The notes beneath the pieces are model-generated. The model did no database searches and was not told where the DNA came from. It saw only the letters and a program-made list of their open reading frames with translations. From positions 4,650,001-4,714,000 of the forward strand of contig CATNEN010000034.1 in NCBI GenBank assembly GCA_950097015.1: a stretch of DNA of 64,000 nucleotides, read 5' to 3'. Origin of the DNA: Macrostomum hystrix. Its lineage: Eukaryota > Animalia > Platyhelminthes. Made by a program: the position numbers and the translations under genes. How positions within the stretch are numbered: the stretch's first letter is position 1; each line of letters starts with the position of its first letter. Shown here piece by piece: positions 21,304 through 35,189 of the stretch.

Positions 21304-22053
21304 AGGGCTGTCAGTGCAGACGTACAGCACGACATCGCCAGGCTTCAGGTCGGGCTGCACTCGCCGCCACTTGCCCCTAGCTCCGAGGCCGGGTAGCCAC
21401 TCTCGCAACCACCGACGCCAGAACGCCTTCACCAGCTGCTGCACGTAACGCCACCGCTTGGTAGGATTGAACGCCTCATCAGCTGCGATCTCCTGTGCCA
21501 GCTGCCCGCCGACGTTCTCGTACAGAAAATGCGCCGGCGTCAGGACAGGATCGTCGCCCGGATGCGATGACTGGTATGTCAACGGCCGCGAGCGCGAGTT
21601 CAACAGCGACTCAGCTCCCGTAAACGCTGTCACCAGCTCCTCATCGCTGACTTCTGCTGTTGTCAGGATGGCACTGATCGCTTTCTTTGCCGACTTAATC
21701 ATGGACTCGTGGACACCGCCGAAGTGTGGAGCTGCAGGTGGATTAAAATGCCACTTGATCGGCATGTGGCATGTGCGCAGCTGCAATTCGTTCTTGTCCA
21801 CCGACTTCCACAGCGCTTTCAATTCTTTGTCGGCTCCTACGAAATTTGTTCCATTGTCTGAAAATATTTCTTGAATCTGACCTCGGTGGCTGATCATTCT
21901 AAATAGAGCATTAAGGAAACTGCTCGTATCAAGGCCGTACGCCATCTCCAAGTGGACTGCACGCGTTGCCATGCACGTGAAGAGCGTCAAGTAACACTTC
22001 TGCCGAACACGTCCTCGACCCTGCTTCGTCAGGAATGGTCCGCCGAAATCCAC
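21304..22053 (-). mobile_element. BEL/Pao LTR-retrotransposon pol fragment (integrase core plus C-terminal extension), no LTRs
   Basis: VDFGGPF..KCYLTLFTCMATRAVHLE..FLNALFRMISHRG..IFSDNGTNFVGA..WHFNPPAAPHFGGVHESMIKSAK..LNSRSRPLT..LTPAHFL..FWRRWLREWL..LKPGDVVL is the BEL/Pao integrase signature. Confidence 0.9.
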
Positions 22054-25000
22054 TGACACATGCACTAACACACTGAGAATGGGACAATGACAGATGCACT
22101 AACACACTGAGAATGGGATAATGACAGATGCACTGACACACTGAGAATGGGATAATGACAGATGCACTGACACACTGAGAATGGGATAATGACAGATGCA
22201 CTGACACACTGAAATTGGGATAATGACAGATGCACTGGCACACTGAGAATGGGACAATGACAGATGCACTGACACACTGAAATTGGGACAATGACAGATG
22301 CACTGACACACTGAGAATGGGATAATGACAGATGCACTGACACACTGAGAATGGGACAATGACAGATGCACTGACACACTGAGAATGGGACAATGACAGA
22401 TGCACTGACACACTGAGAATGGGACAATGACAGATGCACTGACACACTGAAATTGGGACAATGACAGATGCACTGACACACTGAGAATGGGATAATGACA
22501 GATGCACTGACACACTGAGAATGGGACAATGACAGATGCACTGACACACTGAGAATGGGACAATGACAGATGCACTGACACACTGAGAATGGGACAATGA
22601 CAGATGCACTAACACACTGAGAATGGGACAATGACAGATGCACTAACACACTGAGAATGGGACAATGACAGATGCACCAACACAATGAGAATGGGATAAT
22701 GACAGATGCACTGACACACTGAGAATGGGACAATGACAGATGCACTGACACACTGAGAATGGGATAATGACAGATGCACTGACACACTGAGAATGGGACA
22801 ATGACAGATGCACTGACACACTGAGAATGGGATAATGACAGATGCACTGACACACTGAGAATGGGATAATGACAGATGCACTGACACACTGAGAATGGGA
22901 TAATGACAGATGCACTGACACACTGAAATTGGGATAATGACAGATGCACTGGCACACTGAGAATGGGACAATGACAGATGCACTGACACACTGAAATTGG
23001 GACAATGACAGATGCACTGACACACTGAGAATGGGAGAATGACAGATGCACTGACACACTGAGAATGGGACAATGACAGATGCACTGACACACTGAGAAT
23101 GGGATAATGACAGATGCACTGACACACTGAGAATGGGACAATGACAGATGCACTGACACACTGAGAATGGGACAATGACAGATGCACTGACACACTGAGA
23201 ATGGGACAATGACAGATGCACTAACACACTGAGAATGGGACAATGACAGATGCACTAACACACTGAGAATGGGATAATGACAGATGCACTGGCACACTGA
23301 GAATGGGATAATGACAGATGCACTGGCACACTGAGAATGGGATAATGACAGATGCACTGGCACACTGAGAATGGGATAATGACAGATGCACTGGCACACT
23401 GAGAATGGGATAATGACAGATGCACTGACACACTGAGAATGGGATAATGACAGATGCACTGACACACTGAGAATGGGATAATGACAGATGCACTGACACA
23501 CTGAGAATGGGATAATGACAGATGCACTGACACACTGAAATTGGGATAATGACAGATGCACTGGCACACTGAGAATGGGACAATGACAGATGCACTGACA
23601 CACTGAAATTGGGACAATGACAGATGCACTGACACACTGAGAATGGGATAATGACAGATGCACTAACACACTGAGAATGGGACAATGACAGATGCACTAA
23701 CACACTGAGAATGGGATAATGACAGATGCACTGGCACACTGAGAATGGGATAATGACAGATGCACTGGCACACTGAGAATGGGATAATGACAGATGCACT
23801 GACACACTGAGAATGGGATAATGACAGATGCACTGGCACACTGAGAATGGGATAATGACAGATGCACTGACACACTGAGAATGGGATAATGACAGATGCA
23901 CTGACACACTGAGAATGGGATAATGACAGATGCACTGACACACTGAGAATGGGATAATGACAGATGCACTGACACACTGAAATTGGGATAATGACAGATG
24001 CACTGGCACACTGAGAATGGGACAATGACAGATGCACTGACACACTGAAATTGGGACAATGACAGATGCACTGACACACTGAGAATGGGATAATGACAGA
24101 TGCACTGACACACTGAGAATGGGACAATGACAGATGCACTGACACACTGAGAATGGGATAATGACAGATGCACTGACACACTGAGAATGGGACAATGACA
24201 GATGCACTGACACACTGAGAATGGGATAATGACAGATGCACTGACACACTGAGAATGGGACAATGACAGATGCACTGACACACTGAGAATGGGACAATGA
24301 CAGATGCACTGACACACTGAGAATGGGACAATGACAGATGCACTAACACACTGAGAATGGGACAATGACAGATGCACTAACACACTGAGAATGGGATAAT
24401 GACAGATGCACTGGCACACTGAGAATGGGATAATGACAGATGCGCTGGCACACTGAGAATGGGATAATGACAGATGCACTGGCACACTGAGAATGGGATA
24501 ATGACAGATGCACTGGCACACTGAGAATGGGATAATGACAGATGCACTGACACACTGAGAATGGGATAATGACAGATGCACTGACACACTGAGAATGGGA
24601 TAATGACAGATGCACTGACACACTGAGAATGGGATAATGACAGATGCACTGACACACTGAAATTGGGATAATGACAGATGCACTGGCACACTGAGAATGG
24701 GACAATGACAGATGCACTGACACACTGAAATTGGGACAATGACAGATGCACTGACACACTGAGAATGGGATAATGACAGATGCACTGACACACTGAGAAT
24801 GGGACAATGACAGATGCACTGACACACTGAGAATGGGATAATGACAGATGCACTGACACACTGAGAATGGGACAATGACAGATGCACTGACACACTGAGA
24901 ATGGGACAATGACAGATGCACTGACACACTGAGAATGGGACAATGACAGATGCACTAACACACTGAGAATGGGACAATGACAGATGCACTAACACACTGA

Positions 25001-25930
25001 GAATGGGATAATGACAGATGCACTGGCACACTGAGAATGGGATAATGACAGATGCACTGGCACACTGAGAATGGGATAATGACAGATGCACTGACACACT
25101 GAGAATGGGATAATGACAGATGCACTGGCACACTGAGAATGGGATAATGACAGATGCACTGACACACTGAGAATGGGATAATGACAGATGCACTGACACA
25201 CTGAGAATGGGATAATGACAGATGCACTGACACACTGAAATTGGGATAATGACAGATGCACTGGCACACTGAGAATGGGACAATGACAGATGCACTGACA
25301 CACTGAAATTGGGACAATGACAGATGCACTGACACACTGAGAATGGGATAATGACAGATGCACTGACACACTGAGAATGGGACAATGACAGATGCACTGA
25401 CACACTGAGAATGGGATAATGACAGATGCACTGACACACTGAGAATGGGACAATGACAGATGCACTGACACACTGAAATTGGGACAATGACAGATGCACT
25501 GACACACTGAGAATGGGATAATGACAGATGCACTGACACACTGAGAATGGGACAATGACAGATGCACTGACACACTGAGAATGGGATAATGACAGATGCA
25601 CTGGCACACTGAGAATGGGATAATGACAGATGCACTGGCACACTGAGAATGGGATAATGACAGATGCACTGACACACTGAGAATGGGATAATGACAGATG
25701 CACTGACACACTGAGAATGGGATAATGACAGATGCACTGACACACTGAGAATGGGATAATGACAGATGCACTGACACACTGAGAATGGGATAATGACAGA
25801 TGCACTGACACACTGAGAATGGGACAATGACAGATGCACTAACACACTGAGAATGGGACAATGACAGATGCACTGACACACTGAGAATGGGATAATGACA
25901 GATGCACTGACACACTGAAATTGGGATCAT
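22054..25930. repeat. 34-bp minisatellite, about 114 copies (plus about 2 degenerate units at 21245-21305)
   Basis: Unit tgacagatgcactgacacactgagaatgggacaa with variants (ctaac/ctggc, gataat, gaaattggg). Confidence 0.97.
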
Positions 25931-25960
25931 ATTTAAATAAACTGTTTACTGTTTTTGCAG

Positions 25961-26006
25961 ACGAAAGCACTCAAGCACAGCTAGCAGCTGCACAGCTTCA
26001 AGCTCG
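25961..26006 (+). CDS. Candidate small 5' exon of the TRIP12 transcript (46 nt)
   Basis: actgtttttgcag|acgaaagc...aagctcg|gtaagc. Strong splice sites; open in two frames. Confidence 0.45.
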
Positions 26007-26260
26007 GTAAGCTATGTTTTTTTGCTATCAACTAGATTTCGTTGAATTCAAATCAGCACAAACAGAAGACAATTTAGATAAAATGTCAAATTGGCCGCCG
26101 GCACAGGCAACAGCTACTGTGCACCGCTTCCAAAGCCTTTTCTAAAGTGTTTCCATTTTACTGAGACCCTAATTTCCTAACTCTCTGTCAATGTATTTAT
26201 CACCTGTGTGTCATTGTCTGTGAAAAGGAATTTCATTCCGCTTGTGTCCACCTCCTGTAG

Positions 26261-26550
26261 GCCGCGAAGCAACCGGCGCGGTCGTATTCTCGCATTCAGA
26301 AGCACCAGCAGCCAAGCCAGGAAGCGGAAGCAAATCAAGCCAGCAGTAGCGGCGATAGCTCCCGGAAGAGGCATCGCAGTCAGTCAACGGACTCAGAGCA
26401 GCGGATTGAACAGCAAAGTCCGAATCGTCGAGCCGCAGGCAGGAGCAACAGAAACCGGTCCCAGCCGGCTGTTACTAGGGTCCTTCGCTCAGCGTCCAGG
26501 CGTCAAGCCCGAGAAAAGGCATCGCTGGCGTCTCCGCCTCAACCCGAACC

Positions 26551-26582
<32 letters not shown>

Positions 26583-26631
26583 TAAACGAACAGCAGTCTG
26601 TCCCGTCTGATAGTTCACACCCGTCTTTCAG
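26261..26631 (+). CDS. TRIP12: Candidate TRIP12 N-terminal low-complexity exon (371 nt, R/S/Q-rich, poly-Q)
   Basis: cctcctgtag|GCC GCG AAG...TTC AG|gtttgt. 123 open codons ([33 protein letters not shown]) in a GC-rich island among AT-rich intron. Confidence 0.6.
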
Positions 26632-27109
26632 GTTTGTGAATCCGCTTAGATTAGTTGCACTTTTACATTCGCTTACTGCCTTACTATTAGTAGGGTAATT
26701 CGAAATTCTTCGATCTTTTAATTTGTATTTGACTCAAATTTTTCTAGTGGTCCTTGATTTGACTGTTTTTTCGGCTATTTTTTTAGACAGAAATGTTATT
26801 AGACAAATCTAGTAGGTATATTGTGGGTTTGTGTACGCGTGTGTGCTCAGCCTTATTTTCGATCGGCCGAATCCTTATCGCGGCATTTATTGTTTGCTTT
26901 TATGTAGTAGATCGACTCTTCGTATCTAACCGTTTGCTGGTTGCCTCTTTTCCTGTCTTTATCGCTTCTATTTGTATTCGAACTGAGATTTCTGCTTTAA
27001 TTATGCCTGCTTCCTTATTATTCACCAAAATCTCTGGAACTAAAACCTTCCATAGCATTAGCTCTCTTTCTTATTTATGATTATTGCTTTTGCCTTCTGT
27101 CTTCTCTAT

Positions 27110-27935
27110 ACCCTACTTCTCACCGGTGTCTACCTGCTTTTCCCTAATACTCATCGGTGTCTCCCTGCTGCTCACAGTGCCTTCCTACTTCTCACAGTAT
27201 CTCCGTACTTCCCATCTTGTCTCCCTGCTTCCTCTTTCTCACCGGTGTCTCCCTACTTCTTTATAATACTCATCGGTGTCTCCCTGCTTCTCCCTAATAC
27301 TCATCGGTGTCTCCCTGCTTCCTCTTTCTCACCGATGTCTCCCTACTTCTCCATAATACTCATCGGTGTCTTCCTACTTCTCAAAGTGTCTCCCTACTTC
27401 TCACTGGTGTCTCCCTGCTTCTCCGTAATACTCACAGTGTCTCCCTACTTCTCACAGTATCTCCGTACTTCCCATCTTGTCTCCCTGCTTCCTCTTTCTC
27501 ACCGGCGTCTCCCTGCTTCTCCCTAATACTCATCGGTGCCTCCCTGCTGCTCATAGTGTCTCCCTACTTCTCATAATGTCTCCCTACTTCTCATAGTGTC
27601 TTCCTACTTCTCAAAGTGTCTCCCTACTTCACACTGGTGTCTCCCTGCTTCTCCCTAGTACTCATAGTGTCTCCCTGCTGCTCACAGTGCCTTCCTACTT
27701 CTCACAGTGTCTCCCTACTTCTCATCGTGTCTCCCTACTTCTCATAGTGTCTCCCTGCTGCTCACAGTGCCTTCCTACTTCTCATCGTGTCTCCCTGCTG
27801 CTCATAGTGTCTCCCTACTTCTCATAGTGTCTCCCTACTTCTCATAGTGTCTCCCTACTTCTCATAGTGTCTCCCTACTTCTCGTAGTGTCTCCCTACAC
27901 CTCATAGTGTCTCCCTACACCTCATAGTGTCTACT
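27110..27935. repeat. Composite CT-rich about 20-bp minisatellite
   Basis: gtgtctccctacttctcata and ctcatcggtgtctccctgcttc units. Confidence 0.9.
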
Positions 27936-28129
27936 TCTCACGCTTCTAGTCTATAACACCCATTGCCAGCCCCGTGCTTTCAAAGCTCTACTGTATCAAA
28001 CAGTCTCAGGACTGAAACTAGGTCAGCCAAACTGACTTTGCAAGAATTAGAATTAGCACACTTTCTGGACAGGCAAAACCTATTAAATTTGTTCTTTCGG
28101 CGATACATCTGCGCTGCCTCAAAACCGGT

Positions 28130-29430
28130 TGCTCACTCTCCCACTCCCAGTTTCTCACTCTCCCACTCCAAGTTTCTCACTCTCCCACTCCCAGTTTCTT
28201 ACTCTCCCACTTCCAGTTTCTCACTCTCCCACTGTAACTCCCAGTTTCTCACTCTCCCACTGTAACTCCCAGTTTCTCACTCTCCCACTGTGACTCCCAG
28301 TTTCTCACTCTTCTACTGTCACTCCCAGTTTCTCACTCTCCCACTCCCAGTTTCTCACTCTCCCACTCCCAGTTTCTTACTCTCCCACTCCTAGTTTCTC
28401 ACTCTCCCACTCCCAATTTCTCACTCTCCCACTCCCAGTTGCTCACTCTCCCACTCCCAGTTTCTCACTCTCCCACTCCCATTTGCTCACTCTCCCACTG
28501 TCACTCCCAGTTTCTCACTCTCCCACTGCCACTCCCAGTTGCTCATTCTCCCACTGTTACTCCCAGTTGCTCACTCTCTCACTGTCACTCCCAGTTTCTC
28601 ACTCTCCTACTGTCGCTCCCAGTTGCTCACTCTTCCACTCCCAGTTGCTCACTCTCTCACTGTCACTCCCAGTTGCTCACTCTCTCACTGTCACTCCCAG
28701 TTTCTCACTCTACCATTGTCACTCCCTGTTTCTGACTCTCTCACTGTCACTCCCAGTTTCTCACTCTCCCACTCCCAGTTTCTCACTCTCCCACTCCCAG
28801 TTTCTCACTCTCCCACTCCCAGTTTCTCACTCTCCCACTCCCAGTTTCTCACTCTCCCACTCCCAGTTTCTCACTCTCCCACTCCCAGTTTCTCACTCTC
28901 CCACTCCCAGTTTCTCACTCTCCCACTCCCAGTTTCTCACTCTCCCACTCCCAGTTTCTCACTCTCCCACTCCCAGTTTCTCACTCTCTCACTGTCACTC
29001 CCAGTTGCTCACTCTCCCACTCTCAGTTTCTCACTCTCCCACTGTCACTCCCAGTTGCTCACTCTCCCACTGTCACTCCCAGTTGCTCACTCCCCCACTC
29101 CCAGTTTCTCACTCTCCCACTCCCAGTTGCTCACTCCCCCACTCCCAGTTGCTCACTCTCCTACTCCCAGTTTCTCACTCTCCCACTCCCAGTTGCTCAC
29201 TCCCCCACTCCCAGTTTCTCACTCTCCCACTCCCAGTTGCTCACTCCCCCACTCCCAGTTGCTCACTCCCCCACTCCCAGTTTCTCACTCCCCCACTCCC
29301 AGTTTCTCACTCTCCCACTCCCAGTTGCTCACTCCCCCACTCCCAGTTGCTCACTCTCCCACTGTCACTCCCAGTTTCTCACTCTCTCACTGTCACTCCC
29401 AGTTTCTCACTCTACCATTGTCACTCCCTG
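28130..29430. repeat. 22-bp pyrimidine-rich minisatellite
   Basis: Unit actcccagtttctcactctccc, some with ctgtca insertions. Confidence 0.95.
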
Positions 29431-30653
29431 TGATAACTGAAAGCAAAAAGTTTTAGTATGTACTTTTCGCTAGACAACGTTTGCTTGACCACTAAGCTGT
29501 ATGTTCCATTTTATCTAAGACCAAATGTTAGCTAACCTATACATGACCACTAACCACAGTTATTTAGGACAAGCCGAGTGTTTCCTCAGAAGACACCCTA
29601 GAGCACGCGTTGGTATCTCAACTTTATGTGCTGAGAAAATGCACATGTATTTAATCTATGGAGTGAATTCTAAGTAGACTGTGTAGGTTAATTAGACCCT
29701 GGATGAAGGCTTTAAAATTGGGTTGTCGACCGTGCATGGACAACTGACGAGACAGCACTGAATTGTGTGAGTGAACGAAGCCCCGCCTAGTACGCTGAAC
29801 TGGTTAGGGCGGAAATGCGGGGCAGAAGCGGTTTGGAAGGCCGTCACTGCTCTGTCCCCCCCTCCCTACCGCCTGTCCTCTCGCCTCGTAACTTTCTCTC
29901 TCCTTCTCTCCCCGTGGTGAACAACGCGACAAAAAGAGATCAGCTGATCGACTTGTGGCTTGGAGGTGGTTGCTTATGTACAGCCTGTTCTGTACGCACT
30001 TCTGTACTGTGTTGTTTCATTCTTTGCTGCTTTTCCCTTTTTCTTCTTCTTCTAAATCTCTAAAGTTGACTATGTTTGTCTTTTTCTAAATTTCAACCGG
30101 TCTCGTGGATAATCATTTTTCCCGCAATTACTGAGCTGCCCTATTGAGTGTATACACGACTGTACAGATATCTGCGTACACCTGGCATTACACTATTAAG
30201 GCTGGCAGTCAGCGAGAACCGCCCAACAGAGGTGAGGAGAGAGAGAGGGAGAGAGAATGCTGCTCTCCAATAGAATTCGCTCTGTTTTTTATGTCTCTAG
30301 TTATATACGCACTCACTCTATCAATGTCCCGCCTCTCCCTGTGTCAGATTTTCTAAGATTCGTGCACTTTTTGTGGTACCCACCCACCTCCGCCCCACCC
30401 CCTTTCCATTTATCGTTTCTCACCCGCTAAGAGCTCTTCGCCCCTGAGAGTACTCAAAGGTTCCCGCCCTTCTTAGTCGCTTGCTAAATGAAATATTATT
30501 TCGTGCTCAAAGCTTGCCATTGTCGAGCTCATTTTTTCGTATTCTCCCTAGTGACAATACTGGAAATTGTTCAGCAGATCCACAGTTCCTCCTATGCTGT
30601 GGGCTACTTAGATAAGATAAAAGATTAGATTCTTTATCAACGCTGCCTTTTAG

Positions 30654-30794
30654 ATCTGTACCGTTGAAAAAGCGGGCGCGGCTAACATTAGCCGAGGCCG
30701 GCAACAGCAGCAGCAGCAGCAGCCGGGTTCAGCAGCAACTGCCGGAGTCCCGCGATCCGGTAGCCAACACGGGCAACTGCGCTGCCAGCACGAA
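30654..30794 (+). CDS. TRIP12: Candidate TRIP12 N-terminal exon (141 nt, phase 2-2) containing the NLS-like PLKKRARL
   Basis: gctgccttttag|A TCT GTA CCG TTG AAA AAG CGG GCG CGG..ACG AA|gtgagt. It is open and phase-compatible with both the 26631 donor and the 38357 acceptor. Confidence 0.65.
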
Positions 30795-31739
30795 GTGAGT
30801 CTCGATTCTTCATGTCTTCATTTTCAAGTAGAAATCCTTTTTTATAAATCTCTGATTTCGGGAGTTATTGTTTGTGAGTCTCCAATCAGTAATTAAGGAC
30901 TTGAATTACCAATCATTTAGGAATCCGTTGCCAAACCATTTTTAATACATCTCAAACCTTCTATCTTCAACATTCTCTTGGCCTCCTCGATCTGCCTTTT
31001 CACGGATATCTCTGAATTATGTCATCTCCAAATGTTAAAATCTGAACTCCCAGATTCCTCAATTCCAGAATTCTCAAACACCCCCACTTCCAGATGTGGC
31101 GTCTCAAATTTTATATACCTTATTTCTCAATTCCACAATCGCAGTTTTTTAAATCCTCAATCACTGAAGTCTCAAATCCTCAATCCCTGAATTTTTTTAA
31201 TCCTCGATCCCTGAAGTTTCAAATCCGGAATCTCTGAAGGTTTAATATCCTAAATCACTGAAGTCTCAAATCCTCAATCCCTGAATTTTTTAAATCCTCG
31301 ATCCCTGAAGTTTCACATCCCTGCTCTTAATGTCTGAAGTTTTTAATCCTGAATCCCTGAAGTCTGAAATTCTCAATCCCTTAATCCCGGAGGTCTGTGC
31401 TGTCGGTATGTTTTAACTATTTTTTCGTTTCAAAAGCTGTGATACTTGTATTACTCGCTTATTATTTATTTGACTCTTTTCTGCTTTACTTCAGTCAACT
31501 TCCTGAACCATTTTCTACTCTCCCACGAACCTCACACCCCTGCCTCTTGACTGCTTTAAATATGAAGGCCATTAGAATTGGGCTGCACTAGTTTATATGA
31601 AGCATATGCTAGTTTCACCCAAACAAAATACTCAGTCCGTCCCATATCAAACTCCACTGAAACTAGAATTTGCAAGCTTGTTTAGCTGGTACACCGCATT
31701 TCTATAGTTATGGCCAGTTAGTTCTTAGTCTTCAGCCAA

Positions 31740-33895
31740 AAGTGTCTGAGGCCTTCAATTTCCTGTCTAAGGCCTTCAATCTCCAATGTCTGAGGCTTTT
31801 AATCCCAAATGTCTGAGGCCTTTAATCCATAATGTCTGAGGCCTTTAATCCCAGTGTCTGAGGCCTTCAATTTCCTGTCTAAGGCCTTCAATCTCCAATG
31901 TCTGAGGCCTTTAATCTCCTATGTCTGAGGCTTTTTAATCCCCTATGTCTGAGGCCTTTAATCCCAATGTCTGAGGCCTTTAATCCCAGTGTCTGAGGCC
32001 TTCAATCTCCAATGTCTGAGGCTTTTAATCCCAAATGTCTGAGGCCTTTAATCCCAATGTCTGAGGCTTTTAATCCCAAATGTCTGAGGCCTTTAATCCC
32101 AGTGTCTGAGGCTTTTAATACCCTATGTCTGAGGCTTTTTAATCCATAATGTCTGAGGCCTTTAATCCCAGTGTCTGAGGCCTTCAATTCCCAGTGTCTG
32201 TGGCCTTCAATTCCCAGTGTCTGAGGCCTTCAATTCCCAGTGTCTGAGTCCTTCAATTCCCAGTTTCTGAGTCCTTCAATTCCCAGTTTCTGAGTCCTTC
32301 AATTCCAGTGTCTGATTCCTTCAATTCCCAGTGTCTTAGGCCTTCAATTCCCAGTGTCTGAGGCTTTTTTATCCCCAGTGTCTGAGGCCTTCAATTCCCA
32401 GTGTCTGAGTCCTTCAATTCCAGTGTCTGAGGCCTTCAATTCCCAGTGTCTAAGTCCTTCAATTCCCAGTGTCTGAGTCCTTCAATTCCCAGTTTCTGAG
32501 GCCTTCAATTCCCAGTGTCTGAGTCCTTCAATTCCAGTGTCTGAGGCCTTCAATTCCCAGTGTCTAAGTCCTTCAATTCCCAGTGTCTGAGTCCTTCAAT
32601 TCCCAGTGTCTGAGTCCTTCAATTCCCAGTTTCTGAGTCCTTCAATTCCCAGTGTCTGAGTCCTTCAATTCCCAGTTTCTGAGTCCTTCAATTCCCAGTT
32701 TCTGAGTCCTTCAATTCCAGTGTCTGAAGCCTTCAATTCCCAGTGTCTGAGTCCTTCAATTCCAGTGTCTGAAGCCTTTTATTCCCAGTGTCTGAGTTCT
32801 TCAATTCCCAGTGTCTGAGTCCTTCAATTCCCAGAGTTCTTCAATTCCCAGTGTCTGAGTCCTTCAATTCCCAGTGTCTGAGGCCTTCAATATCCAATGT
32901 CTGAGTCCTTCAATTCCCAGTGTCTGAGTCCTTCAATTCCCAGTGTCTGAGTCCTTCAATTCCAGTGTCTGAAGCCTTCAATTCCCAGTGTCTGAGGCCT
33001 TCAATTCCCAATGTCTGAGTCCTTCAATTCCCAGTGTCTGAGTCCTTCAATTCCCAGTTTCTGAGTCCTTCAATTCCCAGTTTCTGAGTCCTTCAATTCC
33101 AGTGTCTGAAGCCTTCAATTCCCAGTGTCTGAGTCCTTCAATTCCCAGTGTCTGAGGCCTTCAATATCCAATGTCTGAGTCCTTCAATTCCCAGTGTCTG
33201 AGTCCTTCAATTCCCAGTGTCTGAGTCCTTCAATTCCCAGTGTCTGAGTCCTTCAATTCCAGTGTCTGAAGCCTTCAATTCCCAGTGTCTGAGGCCTTCA
33301 ATTCCCAATGTCTGAGTCCTTCAATTCCCAGTGTCTGAGTCCTTCAATTCCCAGTGTCTGAAGCCTTCAATTCCCAGTGTCTGAGTCCTTCAATTCCCAG
33401 TGTCTGAGTCCTTCAATTCCCAGTGTCTGAAGCCTTCAATTCCCAGTGTCTGAGTCCTTCAATTCCAATGTCTGAGTCCTTCAATTCCAGTGTCTGAGTC
33501 CTTCAATTCCCAGTGTCTGAGTCCTTCAATTCCCAGTGTCTGAAGCCTTCAATTCCCAGTGTCTGAGTCCTTCAATTCCCAGTGTCTGAGTCCTTCAATT
33601 CCCAGTGTCTGAAGCCTTCAATTCCCAGTGTCTGAGTCCTTCAATTCCCAGTGTCTGAGTCCTTCAATTCCCAGTGTCTTAAGCCTTCAATTCCCAGTGT
33701 CTGAGTCCTTCAATTCCCAGTGTCTGAAGCCTTCAATTCCCAGTGTCTGAGTCCTTCAATTCCCAGTGTCTGAGTCCTTCAATTCCCAGTGTCTTAAGCC
33801 TTCAATTCCCAGTGTCTGAGTCCTTCAATTCCCAGTGTCTGAGGCCTTCAATTCCCAGTGTCTGAGGCCTTCAATTCCCAATGTCTGAGGCCTTT
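31740..33895. repeat. 22/23-bp minisatellite with a polar change of consensus
   Basis: tgtctgaggcctttaatccca(a/g) grading into tgtctgagtccttcaattcccag. Confidence 0.95.
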
Positions 33896-35189
33896 CTCAA
33901 AATCAAATTAAGTTTTGTTCCTACGCACAAACAATTAGTTTTTTGTCTGTCTTTGGCCTGTCACTCACTCAGTTCCTTGCGTGAAATCTACACAGAATTA
34001 TTTTTTGACTGGCCAGTAGCTGGGTGGGTGTTTTAAATCACTGCTGCATCTCGTATATCAAGCCTGTTTTCAAGTTGTCGCCAAGCACAATAACTAATTG
34101 TTTGCTTGTGGTGTTGTGTTGTTTTCCAACTCGACAATGAATACTGGCTACTGCTTATAATCAACAATGTTGATTTCCGCATTAGTTCGTTTCTATCTAA
34201 TTCTCTGTCTCACTACTGCTGGTTAGTAGTGCAATTTATAAACCATTTTTTTGAAGTGCTCCAAACTGAGATAGAGAATAATAAATGTTCTAGCATGTTT
34301 TACTGTGTCTGCAATTTTCATGTAATGATTGACACTGGTACAGTACTGGTACAAGTTGTCTGCGTACCAGCCTACCACCTCCCTAACTCCCTGGGAGAGA
34401 GAGTCATTGTGGCTACTCAAGTCAATCATTGCTGTCTATAGTGTGTGATTGTAGAGATTGATATAAATGTTTAGTCATTGCTCTAGTTCAGCTGTATCTT
34501 ATAAGAAGGAGAAGAAAGGAAAGCATTTCCCTTGGACAGGCCACTTGGGTGCTGCCTGTGCTTGCACTTGTATATATTCCATCTCATCTATCTCCACCCC
34601 CCTTACTCGTGTCAGGAATACTGAGTGATTGCCAAAATATCAGGCTTAGATGTGTGGATTGGCCTAGTGTAGAATGAGCACTGCTCTAGTTCGTTTCTCT
34701 TTTCTTATTTTTGGCTCTGCACGCCATGGCAGTCACACTGTTGACCGGGGGCTGGTTGCACTTTTAATGCATTCCGTTCGATTTTCGCGACTCAGAGACA
34801 GGGAGAAAGAAAGCTAACTGGAGAAGTCGCTGAAATAGAGTAAGGCTAGATCCCTAAATTTTTTTGTCCCATTTGTCCAAAGCCGATTGTGATATGTGGA
34901 TCTCTGTAGGATTCCAAAGCGTTCCCTCTGAAACTAGCTTGCATATTGAAGTGGTCGTTCAACAAAATATGACTGTGCGTTTCCTAGGATTATCTTGTAA
35001 CTGCCTGGCCTTTCGATCTTCGTAAATGTCGCTAGCGAATCTTCTGCTGCACTTTCTGCTAAATTGTTTAGCCAAATAGTTTAGTAGACAATGTTTACAA
35101 TACTAAATAATGCCAATGCCAGGCATCATAGTTATTGCTTCGGCGGAAGCATTAGCTAGTGTCTTGGAAAAAGAAATGTGCCTGTGCCT

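Noticed and set aside
22065-25930. Many 200-700-aa 'SVSVHLSLSHSQC' ORFs
   Set aside because: They are read-through of the 34-bp satellite; all three minus frames are open only because the unit lacks stops on that strand.
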